Source: Propionibacterium freudenreichii subsp. freudenreichii
Lineage (GTDB): Bacteria > Actinomycetota > Actinomycetes > Propionibacteriales > Propionibacteriaceae
DNA: 32,000 bases
Direction of reading: 5' to 3'
Assembly (NCBI RefSeq): GCF_000940845.1
Contig: NZ_CP010341.1
Coordinates: forward strand, 300,001-332,000
Shown here: piece after piece, positions 9,847 through 18,755 of the stretch
Layout of the letters: every line of letters begins with the position of its first letter
Position numbering within the stretch: position 1 is the first letter of the stretch
Notes under the pieces: model-generated
What the model was told of the DNA's origin: nothing
Databases searched by the model: none
The model's input: only the letters and a program-made list of their open reading frames with translations
Made by a program: the position numbers and the translations under genes

Positions 9847-11527
9847 TATTTCTCGAGAGGCCACGACCGACGACGACCCGGCCGACAACGGCCCGGCTGC
9901 CGGCGATACCGCTGACACCACCAACCACCGCATCGTGCGGGCGCAGCCCTATCAGGGCCGCTATGTCGAACTGACCGACGCGCCGGGCGAGCCCCACGTG
10001 ACACGCGACGAGCTGGCGCCGGGAATCGGGGATGACCCGACGTCCGACTGGACGCCATCGGGCGGGCCGCTGCTCAGCCTGGCCCAGCTCACCGACTTCC
10101 AGCTGGCCGACCTCATCTCGCCGGCGCGCACCGACTACCTGCAGCGTCGCTCCGATGATCCGCGCTGGACGCGGATGACGCCGTCGTACCGGCCCGAGGA
10201 GTTCCTTGAGCTGCATGCCATCGAGGGGGTCGCGGCGTCGATCCGCGAGTTCGCCGAGCAGCACCACCTCGACGTCACGGTCACCACGGGCGACAACACC
10301 GATTCGGCCCAGCACAACGAGCTGGCCACCTATATGCGGCTTGTCACCGGCGGACCGGTCGACCCGACGGCGCTCGGGGTGGGCCATCCCTCCTCGCCCA
10401 CCGGACTGGCCGACGACCCGGCCTACTGGCATCCCAGTGGCACCGCACCCGACGAGTTCACCGATCGCGGCGTGCCGCGACGTCCCGGAGCCGATGCGGC
10501 GGCCGCCAAGCCGTTCACCGCCACCGGTGTCGGCACCCCGTGGCTCACCGTCTACGGCAACCATGACGCCCTGGTGCAGGGCAGGGCGACGGGCAGTTCG
10601 CTGTACAGCGAATATGTGCAGGGCAATCGCAAGCCGGTCGAACCCCCCGCGGGCTATGAACCCGCGGACGAGGCGCTGGTCGACTTCGTGGCCGATCCGA
10701 TGGTGCTCACCGGTGGTCCCTCGATTCCGGTGCCCGCCGACCCCGACCGGCGCGTGCTCGACCGCGAGGGCTATGTGAAGGGCCACCTGGCGGCCGATGG
10801 CCTGCCGGTGGGGCACGGCTTCAGCGAGCTGAATGCCGAGACCCATACGGCCTACTACGTGTGGGACGCGGTGCCCGGGATGCGCATCATCACCCTGGAC
10901 ACGAACAATGCGGCCGGCTTCTGGGACGGCGCCCTCAACGATGGCCAGTTCACCTGGCTGGCCGAGCGGCTGGCCGAGGTCTCGGCCGACTCCGACGATC
11001 CGCGGCTGGTGATCATCGCGGCGCACCACGGGCTGTCGACGCTGACCAACGGCTATCGCGACGCCGAGCACCATGAGGAGCTTCACCTGGCCGACGACGT
11101 CGAGGCCCTGCTGCACCGCCATCCGCAGGTGATCGCCTGGATCTCGGGGCACACCCACGTCAACCTGGTGACCCCGCGTCCGGCGGATGGCCAGCAGTCG
11201 TCCCCGGGCGGCGGTTTCGTGGAGTTCTCCACCGCAGCGGTGTCGGAGTGGCCGGTGCAGTGGCGTCACCTGGAGGTGCGGATCGCTCCCCGCGGGGCCG
11301 TGATCCGCTCGACGATCCACGACTCGGCGGCCCCATTGCACGCCGAAAGCTGGCAGACTCCGCTGGAGCTGGCCAGCCTGCATCGTGCTGTGGCCGCCAA
11401 CGATCCTGATGCCGTGGGGGGCCTTGAGGCCCAGGGGAGTGCCCGCGACCGCAATGTGATCGTGCACGTACCGCTGCCGCCCGAGCTGGTGTCCGCGGTG
11501 CTTCGAGCAAGTCTGACGAGGGATTGA
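9839..11527 (+). CDS. Calcineurin-like metallophosphoesterase (resembles the actinobacterial PPA1498/TIGR03767-type family)
   Basis: Motifs TTGDNTDSAQHNE, YGNHDALV, AAHHG and SGHTHVN. The start overlaps the MFS stop (ATGTCTGA), indicating translational coupling. Confidence 0.8.
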   Translation: MSDISREATTDDDPADNGPAAGDTADTTNHRIVRAQPYQGRYVELTDAPGEPHVTRDELAPGIGDDPTSDWTPSGGPLLSLAQLTDFQLADLISPARTDYLQRRSDDPRWTRMTPSYRPEEFLELHAIEGVAASIREFAEQHHLDVTVTTGDNTDSAQHNELATYMRLVTGGPVDPTALGVGHPSSPTGLADDPAYWHPSGTAPDEFTDRGVPRRPGADAAAAKPFTATGVGTPWLTVYGNHDALVQGRATGSSLYSEYVQGNRKPVEPPAGYEPADEALVDFVADPMVLTGGPSIPVPADPDRRVLDREGYVKGHLAADGLPVGHGFSELNAETHTAYYVWDAVPGMRIITLDTNNAAGFWDGALNDGQFTWLAERLAEVSADSDDPRLVIIAAHHGLSTLTNGYRDAEHHEELHLADDVEALLHRHPQVIAWISGHTHVNLVTPRPADGQQSSPGGGFVEFSTAAVSEWPVQWRHLEVRIAPRGAVIRSTIHDSAAPLHAESWQTPLELASLHRAVAANDPDAVGGLEAQGSARDRNVIVHVPLPPELVSAVLRASLTRD

Positions 11528-12262
11528 TTGTCTGTGCCATTTTTGTCGTCCGAGCTCGCGCTGCGTGAGCTCATCCTGCTGAGCATTGCGTTCGTGCTGT
11601 GCTCAGTGGTGGGCCTTGAGCGGTCCATCCACCAGAAGAATGCCGGCTACCGCACCCACGTGCTGGTCGGCATGGGTGCCTGCGGCCTCACGCTGGTGTC
11701 CTGGTACGGATTCGGCGCGGGCATCGCCGGCCACGGCGCCGGGATCGATCCCACGCGTATCGCAGCGCAGATCGTGTCGGGCATCGGCTTCCTCGGTGGC
11801 GGCGTGATCTTCAAGGGACGCAATTTCGTGCGCGGCCTCACCACGGCGGCCACCATCTGGATCACTGCCGCCATCGGCATGTCGGTGGGTTCCGGACTGG
11901 TGGTGCTGGGGGCCATGCTCACCGTGGCCCACCTGCTGACGATCTTCATCGTCGGGCCCCTGATCCGCAAGATCCCGCCGGCCGACAGGCGTCGCGAGCT
12001 CACCATCGTCTACGAGGACGGTCAGGGCGTGCTGCGCAAGATCCTGGGGGCGGCCACCGACCAGGGATTTGCCGCGGAGGTGCGCTCCACCCGGCGCCTG
12101 CCGCGCAAGGACCGCGACCTGATCTCGATGGAGCTGCGCTTCTTCGGCAATCAGCCATTGCGTGAATTGGTGGTGCCGATGTCGGAGATTCCCGGTGTTG
12201 ACCGGGTGTTGTTGCATGGTGTCGCCGAAGATGAGGATGACGACGACGAGACCTCGGCCTGA
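11528..12262 (+). CDS. MgtC/SapB family membrane protein
   Basis: N-terminal MgtC signature: LILLSIAFVLCSVVGLERSIHQKNAGYRTHVLVGMGA...GIGFLGGGVIF. A soluble ACT-like C-terminus has an acidic tail. It starts directly after the phosphoesterase stop (TTG 11528 or GTG 11534). Confidence 0.85.
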   Translation: MSVPFLSSELALRELILLSIAFVLCSVVGLERSIHQKNAGYRTHVLVGMGACGLTLVSWYGFGAGIAGHGAGIDPTRIAAQIVSGIGFLGGGVIFKGRNFVRGLTTAATIWITAAIGMSVGSGLVVLGAMLTVAHLLTIFIVGPLIRKIPPADRRRELTIVYEDGQGVLRKILGAATDQGFAAEVRSTRRLPRKDRDLISMELRFFGNQPLRELVVPMSEIPGVDRVLLHGVAEDEDDDDETSA

Positions 12263-12550
12263 TCGGGCGCTCGCCGGCGCCAGGTGAACGCCGCATTGCG
12301 TCGGGGAGGCTCAATGCGGATATAGGGCTCGGCGGAGAGTCGGATTTCGCTGTCAGAGAAGCGCAATAGCGATAACACAGTGTGCACTTATTTCCTGTGA
12401 GGATATGAGTGCGTGCGCATCCGAGCACGCGCTACGCGCAAGAACGTTGCCCTGTGCGCCTTCGCGACAGTAAGTCCTTTGGTGCGCGGGCCGTTCTGTG
12501 ATTAAATGGCCGGCGGCCCTGCGCCCGCTGGGCCACCGCAAAGGAGCAAA

Positions 12551-13969
12551 ATGTCAACGACTGACACTGCGCGGCCGGCGAGGAAGAGGTCGTGGCTTTC
12601 GTCACCGCTTCCCGCGCCACGCTTGCCGGATGCCGAGGTGAAGCAGCGATACCCGCGCATGAGATTCCAGGTGTTCATGGGAATCTTCGTCGGGTATGCC
12701 GGCTTCTACCTGATTCGCAACAACATCTCGTTGGTTGCGCCGATCCTGCTCAAGGACGGCCATATCGACAAGGTGGGCATCGGCCTCATCGCCAATGCCG
12801 TGCTGATCGCCTACGGCCTGTCGAAGTTCTTCATGGCCACGGTGTCCGACCGGTCGAATGCGCGCTACTTCATGCCCATCGGCCTGGCCCTGTCGGCCGT
12901 GGCGAACCTGTTGGTGGCCTTCGTGCCGGCGCTCACCGGCTCGATCGCGATCTTCGCGATCATGATGTTCATCAATGGTTGGTTCCAGGGAATGGGGTGG
13001 CCTCCCAGTGGCCGCGTGCTGGTGCACTGGTTCTCCACCAATGAGCGCGGTTGGAAGACCGCCATCTGGAACTGTGCCCACAATGTCGGCGGCATGGCCG
13101 TCGGCGCGGCGGCCTCGTGGGGCCTGGCCATCACCGGCGACTCGTGGCAGAGCGCCTTCTGGCTGCCCGCCCTCATCGCGCTGGTCGTGGCCCTGTTCGC
13201 CTTCCTCACCATCCGCGACACCCCGGCGTCCGTCGGCCTGCCGCCCATTGAGGACTTCCGCAACGACCCGGCCAAGGTTGAGGTCGACAACTCCGAGATC
13301 GCCCAGCAGAGCTACTGGCGCGTGATCTGGGAGCATGTGCTCAAGAACCGCACCATGGTGCTGTTGGCGCTGGCCAATGTGTTCGTGTACGCGCTGCGCT
13401 ACGGCGTGCTGTCGTGGACGCCCACCTACCTCTCGCAGGTGCACCACGTGTCGGTGACCAAGGGCATCGCCGGGTTCTCGCTGTTCGAGCTGGCGGGCCT
13501 GGTGGGCACGCTGGCCTGTGGCTGGGTGTCCGACAAGGTGTTCCACGGCAACCGCACCAAGACCGGCATCACCTTCATGGTGGGTGTGGGCATCTCGCTG
13601 GTCGCCTACTGGCTGGCGCCGGTGGGCACGCCGTACTGGCTGCTCATGGTCTTCCTGTTCTTCATCGGCGCCTTCATCTACGGCCCGGTCATGCTCATCG
13701 GCCTGCAGGCCCTGGACATGTCGGCGCGCCAGGTGGCCGGCACCTCGGCGGGCTTCACCGGCCTGTTCGGCTATGTGATCGGTGCGACGCTCGCGTCCAC
13801 CGGTGTGGGCTGGATGGTGCAGCACTTCGGCTGGGGCGTCACCTTCGGTGCGCTCACCGTGTGCGTGGTCATAGCGATCGTGCTGCTGGCCTGCATCGGC
13901 CCGGAGGAGAAGCGGCTCATCGCGTCACATGACGCCGCCGTCGAGGAGAGCTTCCAGGAAGAGGACTGA
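12551..13969 (+). CDS. glpT: Glycerol-3-phosphate/organophosphate:Pi antiporter (OPA family MFS, GlpT-like)
   Basis: Close motif-level match to E. coli GlpT as I recall it: FxGYAxFYLxRxN, AYGLSKFFMATVSDRSNAR, NGWFQGMGWPP, WNCAHNVGG and GLPPIEDFRND. AAGGAG lies 4 nt upstream of the ATG at 12551. The listed ORF begins at 12506. Confidence 0.85.
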   Translation: MSTTDTARPARKRSWLSSPLPAPRLPDAEVKQRYPRMRFQVFMGIFVGYAGFYLIRNNISLVAPILLKDGHIDKVGIGLIANAVLIAYGLSKFFMATVSDRSNARYFMPIGLALSAVANLLVAFVPALTGSIAIFAIMMFINGWFQGMGWPPSGRVLVHWFSTNERGWKTAIWNCAHNVGGMAVGAAASWGLAITGDSWQSAFWLPALIALVVALFAFLTIRDTPASVGLPPIEDFRNDPAKVEVDNSEIAQQSYWRVIWEHVLKNRTMVLLALANVFVYALRYGVLSWTPTYLSQVHHVSVTKGIAGFSLFELAGLVGTLACGWVSDKVFHGNRTKTGITFMVGVGISLVAYWLAPVGTPYWLLMVFLFFIGAFIYGPVMLIGLQALDMSARQVAGTSAGFTGLFGYVIGATLASTGVGWMVQHFGWGVTFGALTVCVVIAIVLLACIGPEEKRLIASHDAAVEESFQEED

Positions 13970-14022
13970 GCTGGGCTCGGTTCACACCGGAAGTTCCCGG
14001 GGCTGATGCCCCGTTGATACTG

Positions 14023-14066
14023 AGCAGGGGATCCGCCGTCGTGGCGGGTCCCCTGCTGTGTGTGGT
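14023..14066 (+). terminator. Intrinsic-terminator-like hairpin after the glpT-like gene
   Basis: 15-bp stem AGCAGGGGATCCGCC / GGCGGGTCCCCTGCT (one G-U pair) with loop GTCGT, followed by a GT-rich tract. Confidence 0.6.
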
Positions 14067-14083
14067 GGGTGCTGGATCCCCCT

Positions 14084-14202
14084 AAGTGGGCAGTTGTGCG
14101 GGAATGACGCCGCATAGGTGTCCACTTAACGGCCGTGGTCGGGGTTGGCGGCGTGATAGGTGCGGATAAAGCACCGTGGACGGTGCTCTTGTCGACCGCA
14201 TC
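14084..14202. repeat. Structured intergenic repeat, copy A (short, inverted relative to copies B and C, partly decayed)
   Basis: Contains hairpin H2 (AAGTGGGCAGTTGTGCGG-N8-CCGCATAGGTGTCCACTT, 14084-14127). It also contains the H1 left arm ATAGGTGCGGATAAAGCACCG (14156-14176) with a degenerate right arm. The same motifs occur at 26272-26386 and 31710-31838. Confidence 0.8.
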
Positions 14203-14292
14203 GTCCTGGTGGCGCGAGGCCGGACGACCCGTGTCCTGGTGGCGTCCCCCGGGGCCGGATGGCCTGTGGCGACGGGACTCAGCTGGCGGTGC

Positions 14293-14496
14293 TCAGGCGA
14301 CGCGGGCGCGACGCGCCTGCGGGAACTCCTGCATCTGGCGCAGGGCCTCGTCCACGATCTCGGGCATCGTGTCGAGCGGTCCCTTGAGGAAGTCGGCGCC
14401 CGCGGTGACGTCGCCATCGTTGCGTCGTGCGTAGTCGGCGATGAACGCGCGCGCCATGTCCACGGCGTCCTGGGGAAGGTTCTTCGAATCGCGCAT
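14293..14496 (-). CDS. Small hypothetical protein (67 aa)
   Basis: Starts at an ATG (MRDSKNLPQDAVDMARAFIADYARRNDGD...). GC3 bias is very strong. The longer listed ORF (to 14670) would overlap the NUDIX gene and is less likely. Confidence 0.5.
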   Translation of the reverse strand: MRDSKNLPQDAVDMARAFIADYARRNDGDVTAGADFLKGPLDTMPEIVDEALRQMQEFPQARRARVA

Positions 14497-14588
14497 ACCG
14501 GAAACGCTAGTAGCACAGTCCAAGCGAAACCTGTGGGACGTGCCGGACGGCGCCCGGTTGGGTACGCGGAGAATCTGAGCCTGTCGGT

Positions 14589-15032
14589 CTAGTTCAACAC
14601 CGGCGCCGACAACTCCAGGGCGTACTTGGAGTTCAGCTGGCCGACGGCGGCCAGGTCGGGCGTGGCCCAATCGAGGGCGGGCAGTTCATCGGCGGTCAGC
14701 CAGGTGAGCTTGTCGTGGGCGTCGCTGTGCGTCGGACGCTCAGCGGCGGTGGCCAGATAGAAGCGGATGCCGATAATGCGGTCTGACTTGGTCGTTTGCG
14801 ACGAGGTGAGCATGTCATGCACCTCAACGTCGACGCCGAGTTCCTCGCGGATCTCGCGCCTGAGCGCCTGCTGGGCGGTCTCTCCGGGCTTCACCTTGCC
14901 GCCGGGGAACTCCCATTTGCCACCCGCATCAAGGCCCGCGTCGCGTCGGCAGGCAAGGTAATGATCGCCGTCGACAATGACGGCTGCCACCACGTCAAGC
15001 ACCTGCAGTTTGGGATAGAGCACGCTTCCCAT
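14589..15032 (-). CDS. NUDIX hydrolase, MutT-like (deoxy)nucleoside triphosphate pyrophosphohydrolase
   Basis: Nudix box GGKVKPGETAQQALRREIREELGV (G-x5-E-x7-REUxEExGU). 147 aa. Confidence 0.85.
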   Translation of the reverse strand: MGSVLYPKLQVLDVVAAVIVDGDHYLACRRDAGLDAGGKWEFPGGKVKPGETAQQALRREIREELGVDVEVHDMLTSSQTTKSDRIIGIRFYLATAAERPTHSDAHDKLTWLTADELPALDWATPDLAAVGQLNSKYALELSAPVLN

Positions 15033-15140
15033 AGTGGCACGTCACAGGAATGGGTGGTATCGCACCTGCACCCGGGGTTGAGCCCTGGGCTGTCAGACCC
15101 CCGGCCCGCCATCGCCTAGGCACGGCCCGTCACACCCCAT

Positions 15141-15259
15141 GAGCTTGTTGGACCCCCGCGCCTGTTGGACCCATGCGCCTGTTGGACCCCTGCGCCCGTT
15201 GGGCCTATGAGTCTGTGGAACCCACAAGTGAGTCTGCGGAACCCACGAGCTTGTCGGCC
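15141..15259. repeat. Degenerate tandem repeat array (about 7 units of 15-21 bp, core GCGCCTGTTGGACCC)
   Basis: Units read by eye: GAGCTTGTTGGACCC, CCGCGCCTGTTGGACCC, ATGCGCCTGTTGGACCC, CTGCGCCCGTTGGGCC, TATGAGTCTGTGGAACCC, ACAAGTGAGTCTGCGGAACCC, ACGAGCTTGTCGGCC. The array spans the last codons of the PfkB kinase and the following intergenic DNA. Confidence 0.8.
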
Positions 15260-16209
15260 GCATCCTCGATGGCCAGCCGATCGGGGCAGGTTGCCGGACC
15301 GGGACGCGTCGTCGACAGGGCACCGGCGCAGTTGGCCAGCACCAGGGCCCGATCACGGGGAATTCCCTCCAGCAGGGCCGCACCCAACACGCCGGCATGG
15401 GCGTCCCCGGCACCATTGGTGTCAACGGCCCCGACCCGCGGCGTGGGCACCTTGCGGGCCGCATCGCCATCGGCGAACCAAGCGCCATCCGAACCCACCC
15501 GCAGGATCACCGGGGCCCCGAGCCGCTGCGACAACAGCCGGCAGCGCTCCTGCTCACCGCGCGCCGCGACCCCAAGGCGCTCAGCCAACAAGCACCCCTC
15601 GAGGTCGTTCATCGACCACATCGGGTGCAGGTCGATCATGGCCTGCAGGCTCGATCCGGGGAACTCGGCCACCATCGGGCCGGCATCGAACAACACCCGG
15701 CCGCCGGCCTGCGTCCACTCCGTGCGCGCGGCAGCGAAGCGCTCCACCGCGGTGCGCGTGCCGGGCGACATGAAGGAATAGCCGCACAGGTACACCAGGT
15801 CGTCGTCACGCAGGGCCAGGCCGGCGAACTCGTCGGGCCCCATCTGCGCATCGGCGCCGCTCACCGAGATGAAGGAGCGTTCCCCATCGGGTTCGGTCAT
15901 GGCCACGCAGTAGCCCGTGTCGAGCCCGGCGATCGTGGGCCCCTGCGCCGCCACGCCGATCCGACGCATCGCGCCGCGCAGGATGTCACCCATCGGGCCG
16001 GTGCCCACCGCGCCGAAGAAGTCGGGCGACAACCCCATCTGCTTGACGGCCCACAACACGTTGTAGCCACCGCCGGCGTTCATCGTCGCCTTGTCGGCGA
16101 ACACGTCACCCCCGCGCTCGGGGATGCGGTCGACGTACACCGTGAGGTCGACGATCATCTGCCCCAGGTGCAGGAAACGCCCCCGGCTGCGGTCAACGGG
16201 CTCACTCAC
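15205..16209 (-). CDS. PfkB-family carbohydrate/nucleoside kinase
   Basis: The PfkB signature DTNGAGDAHAG lies near the C-terminus, and the N-terminal strand is FLHLGQMIVDLTVYV. The GTG start at 16209 overlaps the permease stop (GTGA). The listed 764-aa ORF is an upstream read-through artefact. Confidence 0.8.
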   Translation of the reverse strand: MSEPVDRSRGRFLHLGQMIVDLTVYVDRIPERGGDVFADKATMNAGGGYNVLWAVKQMGLSPDFFGAVGTGPMGDILRGAMRRIGVAAQGPTIAGLDTGYCVAMTEPDGERSFISVSGADAQMGPDEFAGLALRDDDLVYLCGYSFMSPGTRTAVERFAAARTEWTQAGGRVLFDAGPMVAEFPGSSLQAMIDLHPMWSMNDLEGCLLAERLGVAARGEQERCRLLSQRLGAPVILRVGSDGAWFADGDAARKVPTPRVGAVDTNGAGDAHAGVLGAALLEGIPRDRALVLANCAGALSTTRPGPATCPDRLAIEDAADKLVGSADSLVGSTDS

Positions 16210-17726
16210 GCAGCGGCTCCGGCGGCGAGTGCCGCGGCGGCGTCGTCCTTGCGGCGCAGCCCACCGAACAACGCGTACAGGCCGGCGGCGACCACCAACG
16301 ACACCAGCCAGGCGAGCCCGTTCGTGCCGATCCAGGTGTGCGACAGCGGCCCGGCGAACCAGACTTCGGTGTCGGAGATTTTCGCGCTCATGAACAGCAA
16401 TCCAACCACCAGCCCGATCAGCCAACTGCCGGTGCCGGCAAGGCTGATGCCGTGCCAGTACCAATAGCGTGCTCCCGGACGAAGGTCGAGCAGCCCATGA
16501 GCGTCGTAGCTGCGGCGTCCCGCCATGTCCACCAGGAAGCAGCCGATCCACGCGGTGATCGGCACGGCGAGCACCGAGATGAAGCTGATGAACGGCCCGT
16601 AGAAGCTGTCGGAGATCAGCATGAAGTAGATGCTGCCGGTGATCGTCACCACGATGTCGACCACCACGGCGTACACGCGGCGGATGCGCACGCCCAGCGT
16701 GATGGTGGTGAGCCCGGCGGAGTACATGGAGATGTGGTTGCTCATCAGCAGCCCGGCGAAGGCGGCGATCAGATAGGGCACCGACACCCAGGTGGGCAGC
16801 GACTGGTGCACTGCGGCGATCGGGTCGGAGGCGGTGGCGATGGACGAATTGCCGGCGGTCAGCGCCGAACCGAGCCCGATCACCACCACCAGCGGGATGC
16901 CTGCCCCCACCGACGCCGAGGCGACCAGTGATCGCGTCTTCACCGACAGCTTCTGGTAGCGGGCCATGTCGGCCCCCGAGTTGGCCCACCCGACGCCGGT
17001 GCCGGCGACGATCGTGCCGATGCCCACCACGAACGCGCTGGCCGGTCCGGGTGCGTTGCCGATGAACGCCGACCAGTCGACGGTGGTGGCCAGGTACAGG
17101 GCGACCAGCGCGGTGAGCGCACCGAACACCCAGGTGGCCCACTTCTGCACGGTCAGCAGGAAGGAATGGCCGGTGGCCGAGACCACCACGGTGAGGGCCA
17201 CGAAGATGACGATGCACACCACCGTGAGCACCGGATGGGCCTTCGCGTCGGCGGTGGTGCCGGTGGCGATCGAATACAGCGAGATCAACGCGAACGCCCC
17301 GGTCAGCGTGGTGACGGTCTCCCAGCCGAGCCTCGAGACGAGTGATACCAGGGTGGGTCCGGCATTGCCGCGCACCCCGAAGATGGCCCGCGACAGGGTG
17401 AGGGAGGGCGCACCGCCGCGTCGTCCGGCAACGGAGATGACGCCCACCACGGCGAAGGAGCCGAAGGCGCCGATCGCGGTGGCCAATACGGCCTGCCACA
17501 GGTTCAGCCCCAGCGCGATGAGCGTGGCGCCCAGGGGGATGCCAAGGATGGAGATGTTGGCCGCGAACCAGATCCAGAACAGCTGGCCGGGGGTGCCGTT
17601 GCGCTTGTCGGCCGGCACCGGCTCGATGCCCCGCTGCTCGACGTGTGACAGCACCCCGTGCTCGATCGGCGCCTCCAGGAGTCGCTCGTCGGGAGCGGGT
17701 GTGGTGCTGGTCGCGGCGGTGGTCAT
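16206..17726 (-). CDS. NCS1 family permease (purine-cytosine / nucleobase-vitamin type)
   Basis: RGIEPVPADKRNGTPGQLFWIWFAANISILGIPLGA is a typical NCS1/CodB N-terminus. 12 TM segments. The ATG at 17726 is preceded by GAGGAGG. The listed ORF extends to 17822. Confidence 0.85.
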   Translation of the reverse strand: MTTAATSTTPAPDERLLEAPIEHGVLSHVEQRGIEPVPADKRNGTPGQLFWIWFAANISILGIPLGATLIALGLNLWQAVLATAIGAFGSFAVVGVISVAGRRGGAPSLTLSRAIFGVRGNAGPTLVSLVSRLGWETVTTLTGAFALISLYSIATGTTADAKAHPVLTVVCIVIFVALTVVVSATGHSFLLTVQKWATWVFGALTALVALYLATTVDWSAFIGNAPGPASAFVVGIGTIVAGTGVGWANSGADMARYQKLSVKTRSLVASASVGAGIPLVVVIGLGSALTAGNSSIATASDPIAAVHQSLPTWVSVPYLIAAFAGLLMSNHISMYSAGLTTITLGVRIRRVYAVVVDIVVTITGSIYFMLISDSFYGPFISFISVLAVPITAWIGCFLVDMAGRRSYDAHGLLDLRPGARYWYWHGISLAGTGSWLIGLVVGLLFMSAKISDTEVWFAGPLSHTWIGTNGLAWLVSLVVAAGLYALFGGLRRKDDAAAALAAGAAA

Positions 17727-17903
17727 GCAGCCTCCTCGGGGCACGCAGGATTCTCCGGGGAAGGAATCGCTTCCGTGGGGGGAGGAGTGTCTGGCGCCTG
17801 ACTTTGGTGTTAACGCGACCAAAACCTAGTGGACGGCCCCGCGCGTCCCCACAAGGGGGTCCCGGTTGCCGACGGTCCCGGGCTGCTTGCTATGGGGCGC
17901 CGA

Positions 17904-18755
17904 CTAGTGCGTCGGGTCGGACACCAACCTGGCCAGCAGCTCAGCGTGGGCACGCGGCGCCCCGGCCAGGATCGACCCCTTGTGGCGCACGTCCAGGGGC
18001 GTGCCGTCCAGCCGGGTTACCGTGACGCCGGCCTCGGCGCAGATCACCATCGCCGCCGCGATGTCCCACGGCGACACCCACAGGTGCACGAAGGCGCCGG
18101 CGCGTCCGCTGGCCACCTCGATGCACTCCAGCGTGGCCGACCCGTAGCGGCGATGTCCGCGTGATTCCACCAGCGCCGCCACCAGGCGCGGCATCGCGCG
18201 GATCTCCTTGAGGTCGGTGATGATGATCGAATCGCGAAACCCCTTGTCAGAGGGCACCTGCGCCAGCTCTTCGGTCGAGCGTCCGGGTTCGGTCGCGGGC
18301 CCACCCACATCGCTGCGCGTCCAATCGTGCTCGTCCGGGTGGCAGGTTGCGCCGTGGCCGCGCACCGCCGAATAGAGGCGTCCGGCCACCACATCGGCCA
18401 CCACGCCGATCAGCGGCTGGCCGTCGGACACCAGCGCCAGCGAGACCGCATAGTCGCGGCGGGTCTCCACGTAGTTCATGGTTCCGTCGATGGGGTCGAC
18501 CACCCACACCCGCCCGGCGAACGAATCGACGCCGTGGCCCTCCTCGCCCAGCACCGGATAGCCGGTGCGACTCGTGAGCTCGGCCGCCACGAACTCCTCG
18601 ATGTCCTTGTCGACACGGGTCACCAGATCGTTGCGGTTGGCCTTGGTCTGCACCTGCAGGTCGCGCTGCTGGCCCGCCAGGGCCATCGCGGACGCCCGCC
18701 GCACCACCTGTTCGGCAATCGCCAGCAATGCCTGCGTGTCAAGCTGTTCACTCAT
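17904..18755 (-). CDS. Inositol monophosphatase family protein (IMPase/SuhB/HisN-like)
   Basis: Signatures VWVVDPIDGTMNY and PWDIAAAMVICAEAG. The start overlaps the stop of the upstream OPA transporter by 8 nt. Confidence 0.85.
   Translation of the reverse strand: MSEQLDTQALLAIAEQVVRRASAMALAGQQRDLQVQTKANRNDLVTRVDKDIEEFVAAELTSRTGYPVLGEEGHGVDSFAGRVWVVDPIDGTMNYVETRRDYAVSLALVSDGQPLIGVVADVVAGRLYSAVRGHGATCHPDEHDWTRSDVGGPATEPGRSTEELAQVPSDKGFRDSIIITDLKEIRAMPRLVAALVESRGHRRYGSATLECIEVASGRAGAFVHLWVSPWDIAAAMVICAEAGVTVTRLDGTPLDVRHKGSILAGAPRAHAELLARLVSDPTH

Noticed and set aside
15141-15259. Possible CRISPR array
   Set aside because: The repeats are contiguous and degenerate, with no unique spacers of about 30 bp. 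No cas genes are present, and the array partly lies inside a coding region.
15205-17499. 764-aa ORF suggesting a large fusion protein
   Set aside because: Only the last ~334 codons carry the PfkB kinase sequence. The upstream part is an off-frame read through the NCS1 permease gene, which has clear membrane-protein features in its own frame.
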